Part shown: in pieces, positions 10,397 through 22,160 of the stretch | Position numbering within the stretch: position 1 is the first letter of the stretch | Layout of the letters: the number at the start of each line of letters is the position of its first letter | Assembly (NCBI GenBank): GCA_036172245.1 | Contig: JAYWIR010000014.1 | Location: 2,356,001-2,420,000 of the forward strand | Origin: Raillietiella orientalis | Taxonomy: Eukaryota | Length of the DNA stretch: 64,000 nucleotides | Direction of reading: 5' to 3' | The notes under the pieces: model-generated | Seen by the model: only the letters and a program-made list of their open reading frames with translations | Database searches by the model: none | What the model was told of the DNA's origin: nothing | Program-made: the position numbers and the translations under genes

Positions 10397-12238
10397 TTTC
10401 ACCCGGTCACGCCGGGGCGTTTATTGATAAACACTTTACATTTGCGGTACTAGACCCCGCTACGGCCAATAGTTCATGGGACCTGCCAGGAAGCCGCTTC
10501 GCAGACCGGCTTGACTATCCTCGGCAGCGGAGGTAAAACAAATAGGGGGTAAAACAAAAAGAAAAATAAATGAAACATACAAAAAGAAACTATTTGGAGG
10601 GCCGAGAAGGGATCACTGCCCGCTGGAGGAAGAGACCATCCTTTCCAGGATGCCCTCGAGGTCCCTCGTCATAGCTCCCAGATGGGACCAGCCGATCGCG
10701 ATTCGCAGGTAGCGACCCGCGTGTACGATGGGGTCCCTATCGCTGCTTCCTCTGTTGGCTGCGCTCCACGCAGCCACAATCCCTCGGAGGCAGCAGAGCG
10801 CTGCCAGGGTTGAGGCTGGTGGCAGGGCGTCTCGCACGAAGAGGAGTCTCAGAACGTCTCTGGGGGTACTGCCGACCGGCATACGGAGGGTCGTAGCAAA
10901 ACGTTCCCACAAGGACCGGAGGGCAGCGCAGTCCACTAACAGATGGGGGAGGGATTCCTTCTCCCCGCACACTGCACAGTTCTGTCCCACGTTCCCGAAC
11001 GTCCAGTGGTGGCGGCGCGCGTTGCAAGGAAGACCCCAGTGCAACAACAGCAGCGCCGTTTCCTGCCACTTGAGAGGGAGGGTGGATGGGTTTCTGAATA
11101 ACGGAGACCACTTTAGGTCATCCACCGGGATGCCAGGCAGCTCGCCCATCTCTGTATTCCTCGCGGGAGAACGCTTGGGGTCGCGGCGTCTGCCAGTTAC
11201 CTCATGGTCCACCCACTTAAATCCTTCTCCTTGCCCGCTATCCAGCAGGTGACTTGCCACCTCGGCTTCCGGCTGTTTTGAAGCGCCCTTCTTAGGAAGG
11301 GCAGCGCGGTGGCCAGTGGGGTCGTCTCCGCCCATGTGCTTCTGGCGGGACACTCGATCATGTTCCGCAGCGTGCAGCGGGTGTAGATGCCGGGACGCAG
11401 GCGGCTGCAGGATTCTCCACTGAGCTCGTTTAACTTTGCTCACGTTCCAACTGTTTCTTTCAGCCATGCGCTGGAGTTGGCGGGGCAGCAGGCCATCCAC
11501 CTGTTCTCCTTTGCCAGGGTGGCCATGCGTCCCAGGAGAAGGCCGCATCTTCTTATTTTCCGGCCGGGGCACAGAAGAAAAGACGCGAGTCCTTCAGTCC
11601 CGGACATACGTCTGGCGAGAAGGCGGGCCGGAACGCACCAAGGGGTGCTCCACATCTTCGCCGCGATGGCTAGAGTACGCCACCGCAACTGTGTTTCCAC
11701 GCGCTCCAGCGTCAGGACGCTAAGACCTCCGTCCCGACGTGGAGCGCACAAATCTTCCAGAGGCACACGAGGCCTCCCGCCGCCCCACAGGGCGATACAC
11801 AGGAGGTCCTTCGTTCTCTTTTTCATTTCACAGGGTACGGGGCAAACAAAAAGCAGGGGCCGAAGGAGGGGGGCCGCAAACGCGTTCCACACCGCGGCCC
11901 GTTCCGGCAAGTGAAACTTGCCTTCTAGGAACGGGCCGATCGCCGACTCCACTTTCTGGAGACGACCTGACCAGGCTTCTGACTGGCAGAAGTCCCCCAA
12001 CGGAACGCCAAGGTACTTCAAGTACCTCTCCGTGGGGATCCCCAGGAGGATCCAATCAGGTCATCCTGCCCACGTTGCACCAACCGCAACCAGCGACGAC
12101 TTGGTCCTGTTCACCCGTAGTCCTGTCCCGCGGCTCAGCAAGTCGAAGAAATCCTCGACTGCCGAAGCCGGGGTGGACATGGGCAGCAGGAGCAGAAGAT
12201 CGTCAGCATACGCCGACACGGCCGGCGTACCTGGGCAC
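10397..12238 (-). mobile_element. 5'-truncated LINE from RT core to 3' end
   Basis: YADD at 12199-12210, KYLGVPL, CAPRRDGGL, CAVCGEKESLPHLLVDC, stop at 10613, structured UTR, AATAAA plus hairpin. Confidence 0.9.
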
Positions 12239-12239
12239 A

Positions 12240-13610
12240 TGCGTTCCACGCAGGGACGGTGGGCTTGGTCTCCTGACGTTGGAGCGCATGGAGCGACAGC
12301 TCCAATTTAGAAAACTTGCCCTTGTGGCAAAGTATTGGACAGCACCCTGGTGTGCGCCGATAAGACTCCTCGCCCACAGGGCAACCGGCTGCCACGGATT
12401 GACCTCAATCCTGGTAGCCAACGACCTTAGCCTGAACCGTTGTGGGTTTCAGCTACGCGATCTGGTTGCCCTGGTGAGGGAGAATCCGTGGATCTATTGC
12501 ATCCCCGCGGACTGGACTACCTGGCTACAGGAGTCCGTTTCCGTGTGGGCGAAAATCAACGGCTCCAGCGATGAGGACTTCTCCTGCCTCTGTAGAGGCA
12601 GGTACGCTGGTCAGCCACTGCAGGAGATCGTTTGCAACCCACGAAAACTTCTGTGGGCTTCCTTCACCCCCCTTGCCCCCGTGCTGCCCTCCCTCAGGGA
12701 AGTTAGGGACAGCCAACAGGAGGCATCGTGGGAAGTGTCCTGCCTCATCGGAGGCAGGAAAAAACAGTTGAAGGCGTGGACGTCTCGGGAACTAGCGGAC
12801 GCTAGTACACCCTCTGTCCCGCCGAATGGACTTATACGCTGGGGCGCGCTGCTCGACGTACCTCCTGAGGAGGTGAAGTGGCTCCCAGCGGCTTGGGATA
12901 ACGGCACCCTTCCCCTGCAGTGGCAGGAGACGGCGTTGCTTCTGCTCCATTGGGGACTTTCAAGCAGAGCGCGCCTGTCTCACTGGACATCGGGGATTGC
13001 GGATGCCCTTTGTGCACGGTGTGGAGAGAAGGAGACCTTCCCCCACCTTCTTGTGGACTGCATCGCCCTCCATTCCTCTGGGATCGTCTTGCTAGGATCC
13101 TGAACATTGGCCGGAGGTACACCCAGGGACATTTGCCGGAGACTGTTCTCGCGTACCTCCTTGCCCCCGGCGGCGTCATTAGCAGTGCTGTACTTCATCC
13201 GCGGAATCGTGGCGGCATGGAATGCATCCAGAAGACGCAGGAATGGCAGGGATGCCATCCACTGGACGCGAATTTTCGTGCGAAACATCTCCAGGTAGCC
13301 CCACCTGGGCGCAAACAGGACTCAGCTCGCTAGGTTCAGGATCCTAAACAGGATCTAGAGGACCAATCCACGCGCAGTGTGATCCCTTTCCGCCCTCCCT
13401 ACTCCCAGATCTTTGTGCCCTCCCTACGTTTCACTTTGGTTTGTTTTTTTGTTCCTTTATTCCTCCACCCGCGCGTTGGATGGACCTCGCCGGTTTTTGC
13501 ACCGGCAGCTAGCTTTGTTGTGGAGTGGTAAACCCTTGGGTTCACCACAAGAAAATAGAATGCACTTTTATTTTATATAAATAAATGCCCCGGCATATCC
13601 AGGTGATAAA
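12240..13610 (+). mobile_element. LINE ORF2 3' half plus 3' UTR
   Basis: CVPRRDGGLGLLTLERMERQLQ...CARCGEKETFPHLLVDC; TGATCCC, T-rich UTR, AATAAA, CCCCGGCATATCCAGGTG. Confidence 0.9.
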
Positions 13611-13649
13611 CTGCAAAATGCTCGGTCATTCCATCAAGGAGTGCGCCGA

Positions 13650-16600
13650 ACTGAAGCGCTAACGGCAGGCGAGTAATCGCCTCCAATTGACGCCGTGCTC
13701 CCTGAAAACTTACCCCGCCTTGCCGGGAAAGAAATCGGGCGCGAATGACGCTGCTGCAGCGAGTGGCAGCCCCGCAAAAGAGGGCACGTTGCTTCAGGGA
13801 AGGAACAATCCCGGAAAGCCGCGCATAAGGGGAAGATGCCACGCCGCCCTGGGGGCAAACAGTCCTGCGCGAAGCAGCCAACGGGTTAACACTCAAAAAA
13901 GGCTGCTGAACCTTCAGCATCCATTCCCGCATCGAGCGGAAGCAGGGAAAATGAGCGCGGAGACCCCCGGAACTGCCACTGAGCGGCCGTGCCTCCCTCA
14001 GTCCGGGGAAAGCACGCCGTCCACGGTGAAACCGCTGGCAGCGAAGGCTGCAACGCATCGCGCGATGGCGGAAATACCTGCAAGTTCGCCCGCACCAGCG
14101 AAGGAGCAGTGCAGCAGGCAGAGGTGGCGGAGCCGTCTCTCGCCGCGATTGCGAAAAATGAGCTGTTAGCTACTGTCCAGAAGGCGCGGGAGGCTCTGGC
14201 CTCCCAGGATGGAGTCGAAGAGGACAGTGACGCGGGCTGGACTCTGGTGGCCAGGAAACCTAGAAAGGGGAAGAAGGTGGACCCTTCTCACTTCCCCATC
14301 CTGAAGGTAGGCGGAAGGAAGAAGCCTAGCGCGCCGAAGAAGGCGCAAATCAAAGTTTGCACTCCGACTACGTGCGCTGTCGCTGTCGCTTCGCGCGAGA
14401 GGGCTGCTGCAGAAACCAAAGCGCCGGGAGCTGCGTCGGCGACTGCGGCGATCCCTGCACAGGCTGGGCAAGCTTCCACCTCCCGGCACAACAAGAGACA
14501 GGCGAAACTCCAGTCTCGCACGCGGCATTCCGACTTCGAGGTGGAGTCCGACTGCAAACCAAAGGAGCGCGGATCCCGGGGAAACCCTGGAGCACTCCAG
14601 GCTAAAGTTGCCGGAAAGAGCCTGTTGCCGGAAGCGGTTCCAACCCTTCCTCGGAGCCCGAGGCGATGATTCTCGGCTCCCAGGACTCAGCTGCGTGCGG
14701 CGTGGTGGAGAACGGGAGCGGTTCTGTTTCCCAATCTGCAGTGTCAGCTGGCGGTACTCGCCAGCTGACACCTCGCCGGACGAGGCGAGGAGCACGCCGC
14801 CGCAGCAGTGATGCGTGGACTCGCGTCCGCTCGTCGCGTCAGCGTGGCCTGTTGGAACGTCAACGGGCTGTGCGACGCCGACAAGAGGCGGTAGCCAACG
14901 CCCTTTGCGCGTTCGATCTGATGCTGCTGCAGGAGATACACCGAACAGCAGGTAGCTGATCTGGAAGAGCGCGCAGGCGGGAAGCTACACTGGCGGCAAG
15001 GCTCCGCGCTCACATGCGGAGTCGCGTTCCTCGTCCGGGGCAGGGTGGCGGGGGCGGTGTGGAGTGTCCGTTTCGACGTGGGAGGTCGAGTGAGAGAACT
15101 TGTTCTCAAGTGGTCCGAATCGATCGACCTGGTCGTTACGAACATCTACGAGCCGAGCGGCGGCCGCCACTACGCCGAGAGAAATTATCACCGCGATCAA
15201 AAGGCTCAAGAGGCGGAAGGCACCAGGGGAGGACGACCTGCCCGCAGAGTTTTTTCAAAGCTTCGCGGAAGAGATAACCCCCTTGGTGCTTAGGTTGACA
15301 CAGCTGATCCGGGAAGAAGGCGATGTTCCCGCCTCGTTCCGGTCAGCTAGGATGAGGCTCCTTTCTAAGGGAAGAGACCTCCGTAAGTTAAACAACTCGC
15401 GTCCGATCACATTCGTGAACACGGACGCCAAGTTGGTCGCAAAACTGGGCTGCGCGGCTCGGACAGGTGGCCGAATCCGTAATTAGCCCGGAGCAGACTT
15501 ACGCTGTTCCCAGGCGAGCTATGGAGGCCAACCTGTTCTTCGCCAGCACATGGTTTCATGTGCAAAGCGAAGTAAAAGAGCGGAAGGGAACTGTCGGCAA
15601 CCACAATTTGGGGGAGACCGCTGGTCAGGGTGGAGACAGCCGGCCGGGCAAGGGAGCCCTAGCGATCACAGTCAATCTCCATAAAGTATTCGACTGCGTG
15701 GACCAGGGGTTTCTGCTGGAGCTCCTGGATCGCATGGGCTCGCCACCCTCCCTACTGACCTACCTGCGCTCTTGCTGGCGCAGTGCGATAATAAACGTTT
15801 TCTTCAGCAGTCAGAATGTATACGGCCTGCCGGTGCACCGCGGGATAAGGCAGGGCGATAGCCTGAGTCCCCTGCTCTTTAGCACCTGCTTCGAGTTGGT
15901 GCTTAGAGCGTACAGGGCGACTTTGGCTGCCTTGCCGAGCTCGTGCCCCAGCACGCCTGCTGTAGCAGCGTACGCCGACGATCTTCTGCTCCTGCTCCCC
16001 ATGTCCGCTCCGGCAGAGGCAGTCGAGGATTTCTTCGATCTGCTAAGCCGCGGGACTGGACTGCGGGTGAACAAGGCAAAGTCGTCGGTGGTGGCGATTG
16101 ATGAGACGGAGAGGTGTGTCGCCAATGGCAGAGCATTTCTGCAGGCGCGTACCTTCTCCCGATGCCCGAACATCCGGCGCCTGGAGGAGTACAAGGCCAG
16201 GGCCGAGCGCTAGGTCTGGAAGTCTGGAGCGGCTTGTCTGCTCGACGACCATGGCCAAGAATGCTCGGCTGCAGCCGACGTGCATCGCGTAGTCAGGCTC
16301 CTTGTAGGGATGCCGGCTTGGGCATCCTGATGCTGGAAAGGATCGGACTGTTAGTGCAGTTTCGCATGCTGGCACTTTATGCCCAGCTTTGGACGACTCC
16401 ATGGTGTGCTCCGGCACGGCTGCTGCTGCGGAGCTGCACGGGTGGCGACAGACTGCTTTCGTTGCTCCCGCATACGGAGCGCGCCACGAGAGGATCCGGC
16501 TCCCCGCTGAGGCAGCTCGCCTCGATCCTGGAAGCGCATTCGTGGATCTCCTGCCGGCCAACGAACTTTAACACCTGGCAGCAGGAAGCCTTATCTTCCT

Positions 16601-17613
16601 GGGCAAGGCAACAGGACGTGTCCCGTTTGGAACTCCGTTGCTTGAACCTTTCTCCATACTGTCCAGTAGAGGAGGTGTTGCAGAACCAGGACAAGTGGAC
16701 TCGCCTGGCCGCTACGCCCCTCGCCGAAGCGCTGTCTGCCCTAAGGGCACGAGAAGACAGTTGCCTACTGGCAAGGTGGGAGGTCGCCTGCGCTATCGCA
16801 GGGGAACCCGACCTCTGGGTGGCTGGAGGACGAGCGAGCTGGCAGACGCTGCCACGCCTCGCCATCGTGCCAAGGGACTTCTTCGGAGGAGCGAACTCTG
16901 AGGGTGCCCTTCGAAGAACTTGTGGTCCTCCCCTCCTGCTTGGACACGACTATGTTCCCCCTTCGTTGGAAACAGGACGCGTTTATGCTGGTACATTGGG
17001 GTTTCTATTGCAACCAGCGCGCACACCTAGTTTCCAGGGGAGTCGCGTCCCCGAACTGTGAAAGGTGCGGAGCGGTGGAATCGCTCCCGCACCTGCTATT
17101 CGACTATGGTGCCCTGCAGGGACTGTGGCGGAGGCTGTCTTCAACGCTCCTGCATCCGGGGGACATCGCACTGGATTTGATGCGCCGCTTCTTCACGCGT
17201 GGCGGCCTATCGCTTGGCGCGGTCATCTCAATCTGTTGCATCTGCACCATTGTCAGAGCCCGCCACGTATTGCAGCTGCGAGTGGCCCCGGCAGCGGTCA
17301 CCGTCGGTGCAGCCTGCAATCTGAGTATGGCCGCCGGGTGGCCACACATCAACGACTAAGTGAGGACGGAGACATCCGGCATTCAACGCCGGTTCTGAGA
17401 AAAGGAAGGGTCGAAGCTACAGACCCCTGTCCCTACCCTCCTGCCCCTCTATGTTTATTTATTTATTGTCCTCTCCCTCCCGTTCCGAACTCTCAGTATG
17501 CCCGACCTGCGTGTCGGGAAACCCTCCCCCTTAACTTCTGCTCTCCTTGCCTGGGAACGATGTTCCCAGATGATTACATTTTTAATAAACGACCCGGCGC
17601 AACTGGGTAACAA
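13650..17613 (+). mobile_element. Longest LINE copy: ORF1 C-terminus, AP-endonuclease, RT, zinc finger, 3' UTR; internally deleted and frameshifted
   Basis: GWTLVARK (ORF1 tail); WNVNG, LLQEIH, GVAFL, NIYEP (APE); KAPGED..EFF, RPITFVNTDAK, RGIRQGDSLSPLLF, YADD 15971-15982; CERCGAVESLPHLL; AATAAA plus hairpin about 17584-17609. Confidence 0.92.
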
Positions 17614-17614
17614 A

Positions 17615-18000
17615 CCACTGGATTTGCGCGTTTATTCCTGAAAGAGACGCCCAGGCGCCGCAACCGGATGAGAAGAGGGTGTACGTCAGACGGCGACGAG
17701 GAGCACTGCGCGTCGGGCGCAGTGGCGCGTGGACGCCGCTGCTTTGGACCCCTCGTCCAACTCATTTGTTGGGTGGGAACCAGCGAAGATTTTGGCCGGG
17801 CAGCCCGGTGCAGGGGCACCGCCCAGGCGCTCACACGCGTGGCCTTCGACGAGTACTTGCGTTCAGGTGCCCCCCTGCCCCTCTTTCCTTCCCCCCGCGC
17901 GCGGAGCACAACGCAGCGCTGCGAGGAGACATTTACCAACGCGCGTCTTTCCGCTGCGACGACTAGAGATTAGGAGAAGCTGCATTCCGTCGGACGCGTA
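17615..18000 (+). mobile_element. LINE endonuclease C-terminus/linker remnant
   Basis: LDLRVY, TSD(G), WRVDAAALD...WEPAK resemble the L1 pattern LD..Y / SDH / W.LN..LL / WE..K. Confidence 0.4.
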
Positions 18001-18029
18001 GGACGAAACGTCCGGGGGGGGGGGAGGTG

Positions 18030-18500
18030 CGGCGGCAGAATCAGGCCAAAAGCCAGGAAACACTGGGATTTGCGCGGATCCACCATCTTGCAGAACTGAT
18101 TTATGGCCGCGGAGGTAAACAAATCCACTGCCTGTGTGACCAGGTTTCATCCGATGTAAATCAGCGCGTTCAAATGATACAGAAGGAGACGCTACTTCCA
18201 CGACAGGATCCCTTGGAAGTTGCAATATGTTTGCCTTCGGAGGGAAACCCCATTTTTCCTCGTGCATCCCTTACGGGAAAGAGAGGGTTTGACATAACGA
18301 TGGCAATAAAACACGAGGCCCTCACACAGTGACGACTTGCATGACGTGAAGCACCCTCTGTAAATTTTACGGCAAACCATTTCCTTCGTTCCGCGCCCTC
18401 TGTAGGATGTCTGAGGACAAAAATCGGATTCAGCGAATAAAAAAAAAAAAACGAGTGCCAAACGAGAAAAGACACGGATTAAACGAACATACATTGGATT
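18030..18500 (-). pseudogene. Rhabdovirus-like G EVE, N-terminal part
   Basis: Signal-like MYVRLIRVFSRLALVFFFLFAESD, then CP, MVCRKIYRGCFTSC, VKPSLS..C, GFPP..YCNF, HTGSGFV, in the same order as VSV G (CP; MC..TTC; TPS..C; GFPPQSCGY; YTGEWVD). Confidence 0.6.
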
Positions 18501-18749
18501 ACTTGCTCTGGAAGCAACAGAAGCACTTCCCAAGGTAAACATCTGTTCTCCTGCATCTCGCCTAGGAAAAATATCCAAGACTATGCAAATCTGCGTAAAT
18601 CTTTGCTCAAACGAGCGGAACGAGCTCGGGAGAACAGCGAGTGGGGGACTCCGGAATTTTTTTGGAAACACGAGGAAACTTGGCGACCCTCTTTGCACTT
18701 CCTATTAGTCCGAGTGTGCCGCGTCATTTTTCTTTTTTTTCTCCAGGAA

Positions 18750-19260
18750 CCGCGGCCATCTGGAGTGCCCTTCGCGATGCGTCCCACACGTTGAGCCGCT
18801 GCGGATGACGTCACAAGGAAATTGCGAAGGAGTAGCCAAAACCAGGATGAAAAAGGCCTCAAATAATTGACTCGAGAGTCAGCAAACACCCCTGGAGCGA
18901 GCAGCCTCCTCAGTGTGATGCCGGGGACGATGGCGAGATGCTGGTTTCCTGCGATTCAAGAAGTCCGGATCCGATCCTTCCTCGGTCATCTAATCATCCA
19001 TCTTCCGAGGCCGATTCCATCGTTTGGTTCTGCTCGTCTCTGTTCCCATCCGAAGCCTCGTTTATCTGGAACATTTCACAAAACGCTCGCCGCTTCAGCG
19101 CCACTCCCCGCGCACCCCTGCCCGCTTCCGGAGTGTTCCTGGTTCCAGAGGGAAGGGAAGCCTCTTGTGGCATCGCTCATGGACAATGAGCAATCCTACA
19201 CCTCCAGGCTGAAGGGACACCTCAGAAATCCACGGCCACCGCCTACTACCAGTCTGCATT
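18750..19260 (-). pseudogene. Rhabdovirus-like G EVE, C-terminal part
   Basis: FPSLWNQEHSGSGQG (cf. LSYLAPKNPGTGP), W...EPNDGI (cf. GPNGV), hydrophobic AFFILVLA; frameshifted. Confidence 0.35.
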
Positions 19261-19754
19261 CGTATCCACTAGCCATGGAATTCCCGTCCTCCTCTTTTGT
19301 CCCTTCCCTCTTCGCCGGGATTCGCTGTGCGAGGAGCTGCTTCTCCCGCCACCGAACTTTGCGGAACGTGGACTGAGGTGCTTCTCGTGATGGCTCGATA
19401 CTCCTGGAGGTCGTCCTGATGCACCTCCGGCAGTCTCCAAGGACACTGCTCCAGCGCTGCTAGCGGCCAGACCTTTTCGCCCGTCACTGCGATCCCCCTC
19501 CTCCTCCAGCCCTGTTTTGCGCGCCAGAGCTGGAACTCGGCTGCCCTCCATTCGTAGGCAGGAGTGCCACAGGAAAAAAGGATGGAAAGGTAGCGCGCTT
19601 CGACCTCCCGCGTGGTCAGGAACGGAGCGAAGTGCTTACCCTGCAGGAAAGGCTGAAGTGGAACCATCTGCCGGAGATGCGGAGAGGTAAGCCGGTGATC
19701 CCGTGCAATCTCCCCTCCTATTTATCTTTTTTATTTTTTAATTAACGGTTTTCT

Positions 19755-19820
19755 CCCTTGACTGACTGAGGCCTCTGTTCGTGGAACCAGGCGTTGCGGG
19801 TTCGAATCCTGCACGCGAGG
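19755..19820 (+). pseudogene. tRNA-like remnant (tRNA pseudogene or SINE head)
   Basis: T-arm GCGGG-TTCGAAT-CCTGC 19796-19812 (B box) preceded by AGGCCTCTG...CAG resembling tRNA-Arg; D-arm and acceptor stem degenerate. Confidence 0.5.
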
Positions 19821-19899
19821 AAGGACTGACACCGGGAACAGGGAGAGATGTGTCATGGGTTTTGAGTCTCCCTCCCTCTTCCTTCAGGATGACGCTGGT

Positions 19900-20960
19900 T
19901 GGCCTGAAGGCTTCAGATGTGGCCACCGGTGGAAGCCAGAAACCCCGAGTATCGCCGTTTACTGACCGACACCGGAAGCTGACCCTCCGTGGTCTTTCCA
20001 GGAATCAGGGAGTGCCGGTTCCCTTCGGGGTTTCCCTCCGGTTGTGGAAATGGAGCCGTTCATTTCGTGGAGCTGGTGGATCTCCAGAGTGTGAAGGAGC
20101 GCGCTGCTCCCTTTGGGGAGCGCTCTCCAGAGAAATCGGGAAGCGTCCTTTTGGTGTTCTCTTCAGAGGAGGAGGAGGAGACAGGGAGAGGATCACTTGC
20201 AGAGTCCCTCCTGAGAATAAATTCCAGGAGCGGGAGGATGCCTCCCGAGAGAACAGAAAGAAGAGGATCACTTCGGGTTTCCCTTCAGAGACAACCAGGG
20301 AGAAGGTTTCTTTAGGGGATTCCTTCCCAAGAGTAAGAAGAATGGACTCCCCTTCTCTGGAGCCTTTCTGGATTCACAGGGTGGTCCTTACTGCGTTGCC
20401 CCCTATAACTGGAAGAGTTGCTCCACGCACCTTCGGGTGGCGTGGACGGTGTTTAAGAGCTCCGTGACCCCCCCTCCTCCCTCTCCCTAGGGAGATCTGT
20501 TCTTCAGTGCTCCTTGAGAGCCAAAAGAAGGCTCCTCTGCCTCTGGACTCTCACAACTGTCTCAGCAGACTTGCCAATTCCATGGACTCCAAGAGCTCGG
20601 TCATCGCAGCATCGTCGCTCTCAAGTCGTGTGATCTCAATCTGGTCGTAACTGCTGCTCCGAGGCACTGCGCTAAACAGGGAAGCGAATCTTTTTTTTTG
20701 CCGCGTTAAGTCACAGCTGCTATCACCTTTGTGTCTGGAAGTCCTGGAGCGAGATGCTCTTGTGACGATTACGTATCAGGGCTGCTACTCTTAGCGTCTG
20801 TCGTGGACTGAAGTTACAAGATCAAGGAAAGGGAGCCTGTGATCATTAGAGGAAGAACCGACTGCATGCATCCTACGTCTTGAACCCGAATCGAATCTCC
20901 TGGTTATGGCCTCACCTTACTGCGCAAAAGCACTGACGGAAACCAGGGGAGCAGACCAGA
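19900..20960 (-). pseudogene. Mononegavirus-like nucleoprotein C-terminal remnant followed by Ser/Pro-rich (P-like?) decayed ORF
   Basis: HRLPFLDL (20818-20841) then HLAPGLPDTKVIAAV (20712-20756), parallel to HYHFPFL / HDLDTAQFPEIRLVAA at 55.4-55.6 kb and the N pattern PY/F..L...LAP..FP.L..A. Confidence 0.35.
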
Positions 20961-21004
20961 GTAGGGACGGTGCTCTCACAACTGGAATTCCATCGGACAA
21001 TACG

Positions 21005-22160
21005 ATTTTCCCCAAGTCCCACAAGGGGTGGGGTAAATTTATTTTTCCTTTTTAAACATTCATTCTACAATCACGTTCACACAATTCACAATCACTGTCT
21101 CACTTGGAAGTCCTTTCGGGTGGTCCAAAGTTCTACATTCAGGGTGGGTTTCTGGTTGTTGGGTCCCGGGCGTCGTCCTCAATCCTCTTCAGGATGTATC
21201 GGTACGTCCAGGCTTGGAGTTGTATACAATTCCTGATACCGATTTCCTTCTGGATCAATCCTTTCAGGATCTCCATCGGGGGTGCGGTTCTCCTGGCTTT
21301 CCTCATCTTCCACCACCGCACAAGTATGGCGGTGATGAAGAGAGCAATGGTCGTCCTTATCATTGGGTTGTAGCAGGGAACATTACCATTTCCCTGAAAC
21401 ATTCTGGCAAGTATTTCCATTGTGGAGCTGTTCATGAGTCCAACGATCCTTTTCAGGATCAGCCAGTCATGGAGCAATGTGGGACACGTCAAGATGTGGA
21501 GTCTTGTGTTGTGTCTCCACATGTCTTGCAGTCTTGATCATCCCGTCTTCTAGTGAAGTATTTTAATCTGGACCCGCTCAGAATTCTTCCATGATAAAAC
21601 ATCAGGAGGTTGTCCTGGGTGTCCGGCGGAAGGTCACTCCTCCAGAGCGTCGTGCCGATCGCTAACAGGTTGATCCTGTCACTCCCGTAGCGATCGGCTG
21701 CTTCTCGGAGGGCACTGGTGTCTTGATCTTGATCCTTTATCATTTTCCGGAGGTTCTGCTTCGTTACCTTGGACCACGTGAAGTCATTGTGGTTTATCCA
21801 CACTTCGCGTGTCCTGTGGGTGTATCGTCCTAACATCATCTCTATATACGGAAGTATACGAGTGTGATGTAGGTAACCTCCTCTTCTCCATTCCTGGATG
21901 CGTTGCAGGGTAACTCTGGGCCGCTGGTAGATCCAGCTTCTCGTGTCCGGGGGGACCGGAAGCATCCACGGGATCACGAACGTGTCTTGAAGACTGAGAT
22001 TCGGGCCAGAGATTACGGAATTTCTGAACGTGAAAAGTTCGCAGTCTCTGATGACCTCGCATCACTCAGATGAGTGCCTGACTAGATCTCGGGGGAGATA
22101 AGCCAGAGGAGTTAGCTTCTTCAGAAGAGACTTCAGATGTCCTCGAAACTCTTCCGTTTG
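21005..22160 (-). mobile_element. 3' fragment of a second, divergent L1/Tx1-like LINE family
   Basis: LWRSDLPPDTQDNLLMFYHGRIL...DCKTCGDTTQDSTSHL (zf-RVT-like), ILVRWWKMRK; AATAAA followed by hairpin CCCCACCCCTTGTGGGACTTGGGG. Confidence 0.75.

Noticed and set aside
19269..19667. 132-aa minus ORF (YEWRAAEFQLWRAKQGW...)
   Set aside because: No family recognised; probably another TE fragment.
1..22000. Dozens of overlapping 60-450 aa ORFs in the ORF track
   Set aside because: GC-rich shadow frames or chimeras across TE junctions (for example 11739-13103 spans an antisense/sense junction); not genes.
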